Positions 1-9,305 of a stretch of DNA of 64,000 bases are shown piece by piece. The stretch is taken from positions 192,001-256,000 of IMG/VR virus record IMGVR_UViG_3300028591_005215. One strand, written 5' to 3'. Source of the stretch: a virus (taxonomy: Duplodnaviria; Caudoviricetes). A model generated the notes under the pieces. That model ran no database searches. It saw nothing but the letters and a program-made list of their open reading frames with translations, and was not told the origin of the DNA. The position numbers and the translations under genes were made by a program. Within the stretch, counting starts at the first letter, position 1; each line of letters starts with the position of its first letter.

Positions 1-3
1 AGT

Positions 4-2463
4 ATGTATTCAGCAAATAAGTGTAATTTTTTGTGTGTCCAAAACTTTATGGATTTATCCAATGAAGACAATATGCGAAAAATGTTCAAACCAGTTTCTA
101 TGCTTGATATGGATATGCCTGACGTTACACCTAATTTTATAGTAATGTATGCCTATGAAAAATCTTCACATTTGGACATTCAAGGTAGCGGTGGTGATTA
201 TGATTACCCTGACGATTCATTTAGTATAAAGGCAAAGAAAACAGGCACAGGAGCTGAAGCTGATAAGTGGCCAATGCCTTTAAATTCAGGTGAAGATTGC
301 GGATATTATATACCTGCATTTGGCGTGTCTTATGGAAAGCAGTATCAAAGTTATTTCCAAAATGTTTCTGTTTCTATGGATAGCCCTATGGTTACTGAGC
401 AATCTATTAAAGCACAGTTTCAAATAGCTTCACAAAACAATGAATCAGCAAAAAATACTGAAGGAACAGCAACCCGTTCAATGGTGACAATGGGTCAAGA
501 TTTGTTTACAATCTATTCAAATAACTCTTATACCTGTGAACTTGATATGATGGGTGATGCGTGGGTTCAGCCATTGATGTATTTTGAATTGCTTAATGTG
601 CCTATGTTTAGGGGAACATATTTAGTGGAAAAAGTTACGCACCATATTGAAGCAGGGCAGATGAAAACACATGTTGTTGGCGTTAGAATGGCTAACACTA
701 CAACTAAGATTAAAAAAGGATGGTATTGGTTGTCAAACCCAACACAAGATGGTGAAATAAGTGAAGAAGATATGGAGCATCAATTGGCAGATGTATCAAA
801 TGATTGTGATTATGAATTTTTTCCACTTGGTGGTACTGCATCAATAAATGGTATGCATATTTCAGTAAATGGTGTTTCTGCTATGGTTCACAACGAAGCT
901 GGAGGTGTAGGTTGGATTAAAAATGGTGGTACTGCTAAAATACTTAATGGTGAAAATATACCTACTATTGGGCCAGGCTTAACATCTAATGTTTGGCCAG
1001 GACTTAGAGAAGGGCAGAAAAAAACAGGTAAAGATATTTTATCACATTATGTTGATGCATTGAAAAATGAAGACAAAGTTGTTAGTGGGATTATAAAAGG
1101 TAAAAAATTGTCACAAGGTGCAATAGATTCCATGTTCCATGCAGTTCATTGGGGTGCTGCGCAAAAATATATTGCAAATTGCACCACATCTGAACAAGTA
1201 GCTAATGCGTGGTTTACTATGCCATTTAATAAATGGAAAAATGCAGAAAGATATGGAAGTGGATGGGCTAAATTATGCGCTGTATGGGGTACAATTGCGT
1301 CAGGGCAAAAGAAGATAACACACACAACGATATCTGGCTTTAATGTATCTGATTTAAAAGGTGCTCAATTTATTGTTGACAAATATTATAACCCACCTGT
1401 TGAATTGGTAAATGCACTGAGCACTACTCCTAAAGCTGTTAATGATAAAACTACTGATAAAAACGGTAAAAATAAAGGTATATGGGATGATTATATATAT
1501 TCTGTTCAGCAGACTGCAATAAATACGCCATCTTGCGGTCTAAACATTCAGACTAAAAAAGAAACACCAAATTCAGGTAGTATTATTTTACAAAATGGTA
1601 CAGGTGGTAGGGACAAATTAGCTGTAGTGTTCGATATTATACTAAGCACTTATTATTCTAACATTCAAGAATTATGGTGGGTAGCAGCAAATGAACATGA
1701 TAATGGTGGACCAATGAGAATTGACCTTGTTCTTGCTAAAAAACCTAATGGAAATTCCATAAAAGTTGGTATGAAAATTAATGGAAGCAACACCCATTTT
1801 AATGGTGTTAATAAAAATACTAATGAAAAATATAGGCGTTCTATAGTTAAATTTTATTCCAAAAATAGTAGGTATAACCCAAAAAATCCTGATAAATGCG
1901 TCTATGGCCGTGTTGTGAAATCAAAGATACCTGTTGAAGATTGGGAAAATCTAAAGCCAACTGCTTGCTCAGACTTGTTAGCAGGTGGTGGTACTGGTGG
2001 CGTTCTTGATGCCAATAAAAGAATTGGTAATTGGGATGTTGGTAAATCTTGCGTTTACGCTAATACACACGCAAGAAACACCCATAACGGCTATCATAAA
2101 GGACAGTGTGCTTATGCAGTAGAAGTTGCCATTAGCGAAGGTGGGGTATCAAAAATTAAAATTGGTGGTAACGGTCACGCAGATAATTTACATTATGATG
2201 GAATTTTGGAGCAAAAAGGATGGGTAATAGTAGGACAAGGTCATAGTATGTCAGACGTATTACCTCAATTACAAGAAGGTGATACTTGTGTAAGTAATGC
2301 ATTTGACGGTAGAAGCCCTTCTAATGCAAAACATGGCTTCCATTTTTGCATATACACAGGCACTGAATGGGTTTCTGATTATCATCAAGGTTCTGCATTT
2401 AGTCCTTATGGCTCAAAAACAAAAAATTGGTGGATTTATCGTTATTCTGGAAGCGGAATGTAA
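4..2463 (+). CDS. Baseplate hub/tail-associated peptidoglycan hydrolase (5'-truncated): hub-like region, lysozyme-like domain, C-terminal CHAP/NlpC-P60-like amidase
   Basis: GTYLVEKVTHHI hub-like motif; HNE...PTIGPG lysozyme-like motif; GQCAYAV...GD...HFCIYTG.EWVSDY Cys/His amidase motif; frame is open to the window edge. Confidence 0.65.
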   Translation: MYSANKCNFLCVQNFMDLSNEDNMRKMFKPVSMLDMDMPDVTPNFIVMYAYEKSSHLDIQGSGGDYDYPDDSFSIKAKKTGTGAEADKWPMPLNSGEDCGYYIPAFGVSYGKQYQSYFQNVSVSMDSPMVTEQSIKAQFQIASQNNESAKNTEGTATRSMVTMGQDLFTIYSNNSYTCELDMMGDAWVQPLMYFELLNVPMFRGTYLVEKVTHHIEAGQMKTHVVGVRMANTTTKIKKGWYWLSNPTQDGEISEEDMEHQLADVSNDCDYEFFPLGGTASINGMHISVNGVSAMVHNEAGGVGWIKNGGTAKILNGENIPTIGPGLTSNVWPGLREGQKKTGKDILSHYVDALKNEDKVVSGIIKGKKLSQGAIDSMFHAVHWGAAQKYIANCTTSEQVANAWFTMPFNKWKNAERYGSGWAKLCAVWGTIASGQKKITHTTISGFNVSDLKGAQFIVDKYYNPPVELVNALSTTPKAVNDKTTDKNGKNKGIWDDYIYSVQQTAINTPSCGLNIQTKKETPNSGSIILQNGTGGRDKLAVVFDIILSTYYSNIQELWWVAANEHDNGGPMRIDLVLAKKPNGNSIKVGMKINGSNTHFNGVNKNTNEKYRRSIVKFYSKNSRYNPKNPDKCVYGRVVKSKIPVEDWENLKPTACSDLLAGGGTGGVLDANKRIGNWDVGKSCVYANTHARNTHNGYHKGQCAYAVEVAISEGGVSKIKIGGNGHADNLHYDGILEQKGWVIVGQGHSMSDVLPQLQEGDTCVSNAFDGRSPSNAKHGFHFCIYTGTEWVSDYHQGSAFSPYGSKTKNWWIYRYSGSGM

Positions 2464-2471
2464 TTTATAAT

Positions 2472-2502
2472 TTTGATTTTTAACATTTTTTTTGTATATT
2501 TG
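2472..2502 (+). promoter_or_regulatory. Bacteroidota primary-sigma type promoter (-33 TTTG, 19 nt, -7 TATATTTG) with internal TTAAC
   Basis: TTTG 2472-2475, TTAAC 2480-2484, TATATTTG 2495-2502. Confidence 0.7.
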
Positions 2503-2531
2503 TTATGAACGAACATTTATTATGAATAAAA

Positions 2532-3128
2532 ATGGAAAAATTAGGGTATATCATTTCTGATAGAAAGATAAACAATATTAAAGATTTTGTCGGGTTTACT
2601 GATGACATTTCATCGGTAGATTCGACAAAACCTGTTTTAATAGTTGGTATTAAAAAAGCTAAAGAATATTGTGGTAAAAATTTTAACATATTAAAGAAAA
2701 AAATCGGACATAATATTTCTTGGACGTTTAAAAAAACAGAACGCAGAGATGATTTTGAAAATGATATTAAAATATTCTATAAAATTTGTATTTTAAATAT
2801 ATTAAATAATATTAATTATTATTATATTAATATTATTAAATTAAAATATTCTAGTATAAAAAAAATATATAATATTATATTTTCTAATGAAAAAAAATAT
2901 ATTTATATATGTAATGATATGATTTATTTACTCCATAAAGATATTATTATTGGGCTTTCATTAAGGATGCTACAGTATTGTGGTATTAAACCAAATAAAA
3001 TTATTGACAGAGTAAAATCTAATAAATCAAATAAAATTTACGAAGAAGATAACCCATTTGTAAAAATGATAAAAAGGGAAATCGTGAATAAGGAATACGT
3101 AGTACCGTATTTCATGTCAATAGAATGA
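2532..3128 (+). CDS. Hypothetical protein
   Basis: 198-aa ORF downstream of a promoter; very AT-rich. Confidence 0.7.
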   Translation: MEKLGYIISDRKINNIKDFVGFTDDISSVDSTKPVLIVGIKKAKEYCGKNFNILKKKIGHNISWTFKKTERRDDFENDIKIFYKICILNILNNINYYYINIIKLKYSSIKKIYNIIFSNEKKYIYICNDMIYLLHKDIIIGLSLRMLQYCGIKPNKIIDRVKSNKSNKIYEEDNPFVKMIKREIVNKEYVVPYFMSIE

Positions 3129-3132
3129 AAAT

Positions 3133-3540
3133 ATGCGAGAAAAAAACATTTTGATAGGTGTTTTTGTGAAAAGAGATAGAATCCTATCATTTATGGAATT
3201 TTTAAAAAACGAATTTAATATTAAATACAAAAAAATCTATGTGCATAAGATAAAAGGAAACGAAATAGAATATTTAGCAACGTTTCCAACGTTTAATAGA
3301 AATTATTTAAAAAAAATAAATAATTCAATTTTATTACACGTAAAAAATGGTTGTTTATTTTCTATTAACGCTTTAAATAAATTAATAGAAAGTAATTCTT
3401 CAAACAAAGATATAGACAATAAAAATATTATAATTGATTGGAACAAATATAAAAACAATCTTATAATTTTAAGCAATAATGTTCTAAACATCAAGAATTT
3501 AAGTAAAATAGAAGATAAAACTTCTTTTTTTATTGATTAA
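3133..3540 (+). CDS. Hypothetical protein
   Basis: 135-aa ORF 4 nt after the previous gene. Confidence 0.65.
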   Translation: MREKNILIGVFVKRDRILSFMEFLKNEFNIKYKKIYVHKIKGNEIEYLATFPTFNRNYLKKINNSILLHVKNGCLFSINALNKLIESNSSNKDIDNKNIIIDWNKYKNNLIILSNNVLNIKNLSKIEDKTSFFID

Positions 3541-3542
3541 GA

Positions 3543-3549
3543 TATTTAT
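3543..3549 (+). promoter_or_regulatory. Putative phage late promoter (TATTTAT)
   Basis: Recurrent motif 14-22 nt upstream of the first gene of virion-type operons. Confidence 0.5.
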
Positions 3550-3566
3550 ATATAAATTAAAATACA

Positions 3567-3920
3567 ATGGCATTTATTACTAAGCATTCACAAGATAAAA
3601 CACCTCAAAAAATTGAAATAGAAGAGTGTAAAAAAACAGTAGAAGCTGTTGAAGAAGAAGTGTTAGGCGCAGCCATTACTATTAATGATAATAAAAAGAC
3701 TGTAGCTGACGAAAGAAAAAATGCAAAGAAAAAGAAAAATAATGTAAGCGAAAACAAGTCAAATATGAATACATCAGAAAAAATAGCAATGGCGCAAAGC
3801 ATTCTCGGAAATAAAGAAAATAACTTTAAAGTTTTAAAATCAGATAAAGGTCTTATTGAAAGAACTGAAAGTTCAAAAACAATTTTAACAGAAGATAATA
3901 AAGAATTATTGATTGACTAA
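3567..3920 (+). CDS. Hypothetical protein, possibly virion/head-associated
   Basis: 117 aa, charged, follows a TATTTAT motif; LIE and LTE motifs. Confidence 0.65.
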   Translation: MAFITKHSQDKTPQKIEIEECKKTVEAVEEEVLGAAITINDNKKTVADERKNAKKKKNNVSENKSNMNTSEKIAMAQSILGNKENNFKVLKSDKGLIERTESSKTILTEDNKELLID

Positions 3921-3925
3921 TAGAT

Positions 3926-4759
3926 ATGGCTGAAACTAATGTAAAGTTTTTAAAAGAAAACAATTTATATGATGCCCATAAACAGTTTATGAGAATGGTC
4001 GAAGGCTATGGTATCTATAAGCCAATCGAAGAAGATGGTGATGATGAAGATGCCAATGGTGGTGCTGACCCTATGGGTGGTGGTACTGATAATGGCACTA
4101 ATCCTATGGGTGGAGATGATACTATGGGAGTACAAGACCCTATGGGTGGTGCTCCTGATGGTAACGCTACCCCTATGGGTGGTGGTCCTGATAATGGCAC
4201 TGACCCTATGGGTGGAGAGCCTGACCCTTCTTCAATGGATATGGGTTCTGGTCCTATGGATAGTATGCCTGAGCCTTCACCAATGGATATGGACAGTGGA
4301 GAAGGTGATGATGAAGATGTAATTGATGTTGATGACCTCACAAAAGCCCAAGAGAAAACTAATGATAAAGTTAATAGTGTCGGTCGTGACTTAGGAACAG
4401 TTGATAAGCGTATTGAAAAGCTATTAGGCGCTCTTGAAAGTATGCAAAGTACTATTGATAAGAATAACGCACAAATAGAAGACTTGAAAAATGAGTTCCA
4501 AAAACGTAATCCAACACAAACTGAAAAATTAAATCTTCGTTCTTTAGATTCATATCCGTTTAATATAAGGCCAACTGATTATTGGGCAGAAAAGAACGCT
4601 AATAGTAATTATGATGCTTATTCTGATAATAACAAACCAACAACTCAAGAGTATACAATAACAAATGATGATGTTGATTATGTTAATGATGATATTGCTA
4701 AAACATTTAGTATACCAGATGACGATATTCAGGACTTTAATAAAATATTTAACATGTAG
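3926..4759 (+). CDS. Putative prohead core/scaffold-like protein with PMGG repeats and a coiled coil
   Basis: Acidic low-complexity linker, heptad region (LESMQSTIDKNNAQIEDLKNEF), N-terminal LKE/MVE/IEE motifs. Confidence 0.5.
   Translation: MAETNVKFLKENNLYDAHKQFMRMVEGYGIYKPIEEDGDDEDANGGADPMGGGTDNGTNPMGGDDTMGVQDPMGGAPDGNATPMGGGPDNGTDPMGGEPDPSSMDMGSGPMDSMPEPSPMDMDSGEGDDEDVIDVDDLTKAQEKTNDKVNSVGRDLGTVDKRIEKLLGALESMQSTIDKNNAQIEDLKNEFQKRNPTQTEKLNLRSLDSYPFNIRPTDYWAEKNANSNYDAYSDNNKPTTQEYTITNDDVDYVNDDIAKTFSIPDDDIQDFNKIFNM
4058..4220 (+). repeat. Imperfect ~33-nt coding tandem repeat (CCTATGGGTGG core, five copies; PMGG peptide)
   Basis: Repeated cctatgggtgg and gataatggcact blocks. Confidence 0.8.
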
Positions 4760-4761
4760 CT

Positions 4762-5142
4762 ATGAGTAAGGTTGTTAAACTATCTGAAGAGAAATACAAA
4801 CGTTTAATAGAAAATGATGAATATATAACATATGATGACGATTATTCTTTTGATGAATTTGCAGGACAAGATGAATTTGAAGAATTTATAGCATCATATG
4901 CTCGTCAAAAAGGTATAGATTGTGAGAATGAGGATGGCTTTTTAGTTATTTGCATTGGTGAATATGCAGATGGCAAAGCATATATAGACTATGACAATGA
5001 TTCTAATTCAGCAAATATTTTTAAAGTTGAATTTCAATGCAATTCTATGGAAGAAAATAAAGATGCTATAGAACAAGTTCAAGAACTATTTGCTACCATT
5101 GAAGAGTATAATAATACTCACGGATATGAAGAAATTAAATAA
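4762..5142 (+). CDS. Acidic hypothetical protein with a degenerate leader (MSKVVKLSEEKYKRLIE)
   Basis: 126-aa ORF; N-terminus resembles the KKLIRLTE leader. Confidence 0.65.
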   Translation: MSKVVKLSEEKYKRLIENDEYITYDDDYSFDEFAGQDEFEEFIASYARQKGIDCENEDGFLVICIGEYADGKAYIDYDNDSNSANIFKVEFQCNSMEENKDAIEQVQELFATIEEYNNTHGYEEIK

Positions 5143-5272
5143 GTCTATTATTGTTTGAGTATTAAAAAAGTAGCTATATAGAAATTAGACCCAAATAAGT
5201 GAGAAATATAGGTAGAAACAGTTACATTTTTGCTTATGCTGAAATATATTATTAATAATAAACTCTAAAAAT

Positions 5273-6142
5273 ATGGTTGCAGAATATATTATTAGACAAA
5301 TTCTACAGCGATATAAAATGTTGTGTACCAAATATCCGCAGTCGCCATCGTTCATACAAAATACTAAAGGTGACTCTTTTTATTTGATAAGTAATAGAGG
5401 TGAAGGTTTTCAGCCCACACAAATCAGACTATCAAATCATGGCACATATTTAGAGACATGGTGTGATAGAAACGAATTGGGCAATAGTGTAGAAAGGTTG
5501 AACCCTGCTCTCTGTACCAATATCTCTATCGTCTTTGTTGATGAAGGTGAAGATTTGACGAAAGATTGTAAAGGGATGCCAAATTGCGAAGGTTGTGAAA
5601 TAGAGCCATGTAAGCCACAAACGTTTGAGGGACAAGACCAAATAGGTAGACCATTCACCGTGATTCAATATGTATACAGTAGTAAATGTATCAGAAGAAA
5701 ATACATAAACGGCCTAACGAAAGCAATTGCGGAAGCGAGTACAAAAGGAAAATACATAGACCCACTTGCAGACCTTTATAGAGCTGCAAAAGAGAAAGAA
5801 TTTCACTCATCAACGAAATTACAAAATAACAAAGGGCTAAAGCCTGAAAATAGACAATATAAAAGAAATACAAATATGAGTAAAAAACTTATAAGATTAA
5901 CAGAATCAGACCTTCATAAGATTGTGAAAGAGTCCGTGAATAGAGTGATGAAAGAAGGAGTTGAATTTAGTAGTGAAGACCCTCAAGAAGAATGGATGCA
6001 TTATCAAAACAAATTACAACAAGAATTTGATGAACTTGGGTTAATGGTTCTGAACAAAATACCTAGAAACGACCCTGATAGACAAATAATTCAAAGGTAT
6101 ATTAGGATGATTCAAACACATTTACATACTTTAGAAAATTAA
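5273..6142 (+). CDS. Accessory protein with an internal KKLIRLTESDLH leader module (possible second start at 5876)
   Basis: 289-aa ORF; leader starts at aa 202; N-terminal part has S.Y...IRLSNH and a Cys cluster. Confidence 0.7.
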   Translation: MVAEYIIRQILQRYKMLCTKYPQSPSFIQNTKGDSFYLISNRGEGFQPTQIRLSNHGTYLETWCDRNELGNSVERLNPALCTNISIVFVDEGEDLTKDCKGMPNCEGCEIEPCKPQTFEGQDQIGRPFTVIQYVYSSKCIRRKYINGLTKAIAEASTKGKYIDPLADLYRAAKEKEFHSSTKLQNNKGLKPENRQYKRNTNMSKKLIRLTESDLHKIVKESVNRVMKEGVEFSSEDPQEEWMHYQNKLQQEFDELGLMVLNKIPRNDPDRQIIQRYIRMIQTHLHTLEN

Positions 6143-6320
6143 GCAGCCACAAGCCCAACCTTAATCTCAGACCACTTACAAACGAGTTAAATGGATTTTT
6201 CAAACATATTGGTAAATCTCTCTAATTCGCTCATTTTCTTGTATTCAAACGGCATACAGCATAGTCAATGTATGACTGAAGGTTCTCATCACTTACATCG
6301 TGATAGTAACTGCTAATCAT
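6139..6320 (-). pseudogene. Decayed C-terminal fragment of an IS1595-family (ISXO2-like) transposase
   Basis: Minus strand reads MISSYYHDVSDENLQSYIDYAVCRLNTR/KMSELERFTNMFEKSI*LVCKWSEIKVGLVAA*, matching YH.VS..LQ.Y.DE..(F)R.N.R; one frameshift and one internal stop. Confidence 0.7.
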
Positions 6321-6326
6321 ACATGC

Positions 6327-6382
6327 AATTCCTCATTAATTATAAGAATTAAAATATTTATAATTAATGAGGAATTTTTTTT
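6327..6382 (+). terminator. 19-bp inverted repeat followed by a T-tract
   Basis: aattcctcattaattataa (6327-6345) / ttataattaatgaggaatt (6358-6376). Confidence 0.7.
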
Positions 6383-6410
6383 GCTTTTAACAAAATTTAA
6401 TATATATTTG
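6380..6410 (+). promoter_or_regulatory. Bacteroidota-type -33/-7 promoter for the ssb-tdk-recA operon
   Basis: TTTG 6380-6383, TTAAC 6387-6391, TATATTTG 6403-6410; 19-nt spacer. Confidence 0.75.
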
Positions 6411-6466
6411 TATTGTAAAATTTAAGCACATATTGATGTGCATTATTAATATAAACATTAAACATT

Positions 6467-7465
6467 ATGAGTAACAATTTTGGCGTTAATATTGACGCAG
6501 CAGCTGTTATCAGTCAGAACGAGCGGGAAACATATGTACCTGCTAAAAAGAAAACTGAATTTAATCCAAAAAATTATTTGAACGCACGTCTTGGAAAAGG
6601 TGAAACAACAAAGAAATTGAGGATTAGGTTATTACCATTTTCAAAAGAAGGGGGGAGTCCTTTCCAGAAAGTATCAATTCACACAGTTAAAGCAACTAAA
6701 GAAGGTGGGCAAGGGTGGAGAACCTTTGTATGCCCTGTTCATTCACATAAAGGTGATAAATGTCCTTTCTGTGAAACATCTGAACAGGCTAAACAATTGC
6801 GTCTTAAAACAGTAAATGAAGTTGAAAAGAAAAAGTACGGTGATATTGAATTTATGAATCGTGCTAAAGACGCTTGGATTGTTAGATGTATTGAACGTGA
6901 CCATGAAGAAGATGGTGTTAAATTCTGGCTTTTTAATGCTTCACGAAAGAAAGATGGTGTTTATGATAAAATCATCAATCTATTTAATGAAAGATGGGAA
7001 GAAGCAAAAGAAGTTGGTGAACAGTACAACATTTTTGATTTGAATGACGGAAAGGATTTAAACATTACTTTATCTAAAGACCCTAATAATAAAACAGTAA
7101 TACAAATTACTGATGCTAGTAGACCATCACCACTTTCAACTGACTACGACCAAGCACTTTCATGGATTGAAGACCCTAAGAAATGGGATGAAGTTTATAC
7201 AGTCAAACCATATGATTATATGGCTATTGTAGTTCAAGGAGGGTATCCTGTTTTCGATAAGCAAACACAAAAATATGTTGACAAGGAAGAACTTGACAAA
7301 CGTAAGGAAATCGAAAAACAGCAAGAAATTACGGAAAACTATACTGAACAAAAGAAAGATTTTACGCAATTTGTCGAAGATAAAATCGAAACAGCAGAAG
7401 AGCCTGTTAAAACTGTAGGTACAGCTTCTAAAATGTTTGTAGATGAAGAAGATTTGCCTTTCTAA
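6467..7465 (+). CDS. Single-stranded DNA-binding protein, T4 gp32-like
   Basis: IRLLP...PF..H, C...CPFCE Zn site, GVKFW.F, FDL..GKD; acidic tail DEEDLPF. Confidence 0.8.
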   Translation: MSNNFGVNIDAAAVISQNERETYVPAKKKTEFNPKNYLNARLGKGETTKKLRIRLLPFSKEGGSPFQKVSIHTVKATKEGGQGWRTFVCPVHSHKGDKCPFCETSEQAKQLRLKTVNEVEKKKYGDIEFMNRAKDAWIVRCIERDHEEDGVKFWLFNASRKKDGVYDKIINLFNERWEEAKEVGEQYNIFDLNDGKDLNITLSKDPNNKTVIQITDASRPSPLSTDYDQALSWIEDPKKWDEVYTVKPYDYMAIVVQGGYPVFDKQTQKYVDKEELDKRKEIEKQQEITENYTEQKKDFTQFVEDKIETAEEPVKTVGTASKMFVDEEDLPF

Positions 7466-7491
7466 AATAATGATTAAGCATTAGACGGTTA

Positions 7492-8103
7492 ATGGCTAAA
7501 CTAACATTTATGTTCGGTGCTATGAATTCGAGAAAGAGCTTGGATTTGTTAGCAACTGCATATAATTTTGAAGAAAAAAACATACCTTTTATAGCACTCA
7601 AATCATCCCTAGATACAAGGGATGAAGGCGTTATAAGGTCAAGGGCAGGACTTGAAAGAAAATGCACAATTGTGACACCAGATGTCAATATTTATGAAGC
7701 AATTCATCAATATAATAATGTTTTAGCAGTACAAGGTGGTGAAACGTTAAAATGGATATTAGTTGATGAATGCCAATTTCTTACAGAAGAACAAATTGAC
7801 CAATTGTCTGATATTGTGGATTATATGAACATTACCGTGATGTGTTACGGATTGAGGACTGATTTTAAGTCACATTTATTTCCAGCATCTAAAAGACTTT
7901 TTGAAATAGCTGACAATATTGAAGAAATTAAATCATCTTGCGAATGTGGTAAGAAATCTATTATTAATGCAAGATTTGATAATAATAATAATGTTGTTAC
8001 AGAAGGCTCACAAATTCTTGTAGGTGGTAATGATATTTATCAGCCATTGTGTAGAAAATGTTGGAAAGAAAAAATAAGAGAAAGTAAAAAAGTTATGAAA
8101 TAG
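7492..8103 (+). CDS. tdk: Thymidine kinase
   Basis: GAMNSxKS P-loop, VDECQF, YGLRTDF, C-terminal CEC...CRKC Zn site. Confidence 0.93.
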   Translation: MAKLTFMFGAMNSRKSLDLLATAYNFEEKNIPFIALKSSLDTRDEGVIRSRAGLERKCTIVTPDVNIYEAIHQYNNVLAVQGGETLKWILVDECQFLTEEQIDQLSDIVDYMNITVMCYGLRTDFKSHLFPASKRLFEIADNIEEIKSSCECGKKSIINARFDNNNNVVTEGSQILVGGNDIYQPLCRKCWKEKIRESKKVMK

Positions 8104-9305
8104 TGGTTAAACAAGCTATAAAAAAGAAGAATTTTGCACGTCCATCAATCGCATCAATTAAGGAAAAGATGGGTCTTAATATTAAGAATGATGACTTAAC
8201 AGTTTCAAGTGCAAATAAACCTATTGAATTTATTACACTACCTGAAGCGTTCGTTAATGCAACTAAATTACCAGGAATTCCTAAAGGTGAATTGTCAATC
8301 GTATATGGGTGGAGTAATACAGGTAAAAGTACATTAATTAACTGTGTTATTGCATCTTGTCAAAAGTCAGGCATTTTGCCTGTTATATTTGATACCGAAT
8401 CACATTTTGATTTTAAATATGCTATTGATTGTGGTATGGAAGCAACACCTGTATATGGCGATGTGGAAGTTGAAGACGTTGATGAAGAAACAGGAGAAGT
8501 AACAGGTACACACACTGAAACACAAATTGTAAACTACGATGGTGATTTTATGTATTTTGACGGTGCTATCCTTTGTGAACTCTATGGTCATAATGATTAT
8601 TCGACAGGTAAAGAAACAAAGGTAAAACGAACAGTACCAGTTCTTGAAGATATTGCATATGCAATTAATAAAATTCTTGATATGCAAGATGCAGGTGAAA
8701 TTCAGCAAGATATTTGCTTCTTATGGGACTCAATTGGTTCAGTAATGTCTTATAAATCATTTGCAAGCAAGGTTGGAAATAATATGTTCGATGCAGGTGC
8801 TATGCAAACTGCATTTAATATGATTACAAATAATCGTATACCACTTTCTAAGAAAGTTAGTTCACCTTATACAAACACAATGTTCTGTGTAAATAAGATT
8901 TGGTTGGACTCTATGTCAGCACCTATGGCAGCACCTTCAATCGAATTGAAGGGTGGTAAGTCTATGTATTTTGCTGCGCACGGATTGATTATACAATTAG
9001 GTGGCGTTGTTAAGGCTTCAATTAAGCATCTTACGGCTACAAGTAAGGGACGTAATTACAATTGGGGTACATTAACTAAGATTAAGGTAATTAAGAATCA
9101 GTTGAGCACACCTTATAATCTAACTTATGAAGGAACAATGATTTGTGTTCACAATGGGTTGATTAGTGAAGACCAACAGGATGCTTATAAAAAGAATTAT
9201 GTGCCTAAGATTATGGCTGAACTTGAAAAGTCAGAAACTGGCCAAGATGTTGTAGTCGATTCAAAAGATATTACTTTTGATGAAAAAGAAGTTGATGAAG
9301 ATTAA
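8103..9305 (+). CDS. RecA/UvsX-like recombinase (GTG start)
   Basis: GIPKG...GWSNTGKS Walker A, FDTE, LWDSIG Walker B, KGG, KNQ. Confidence 0.85.
   Translation: MVKQAIKKKNFARPSIASIKEKMGLNIKNDDLTVSSANKPIEFITLPEAFVNATKLPGIPKGELSIVYGWSNTGKSTLINCVIASCQKSGILPVIFDTESHFDFKYAIDCGMEATPVYGDVEVEDVDEETGEVTGTHTETQIVNYDGDFMYFDGAILCELYGHNDYSTGKETKVKRTVPVLEDIAYAINKILDMQDAGEIQQDICFLWDSIGSVMSYKSFASKVGNNMFDAGAMQTAFNMITNNRIPLSKKVSSPYTNTMFCVNKIWLDSMSAPMAAPSIELKGGKSMYFAAHGLIIQLGGVVKASIKHLTATSKGRNYNWGTLTKIKVIKNQLSTPYNLTYEGTMICVHNGLISEDQQDAYKKNYVPKIMAELEKSETGQDVVVDSKDITFDEKEVDED

Noticed and set aside
4008-4341. Alternative-frame ORFs or a CRISPR-like array in the PMGG repeat
   Set aside because: Shadow ORFs of a coding low-complexity repeat; no repeat-spacer structure
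5241-5260. Exact late promoter before ORF 5273
   Set aside because: Sequence reads TATTAT, not TATTTAT; at most a variant, so not listed
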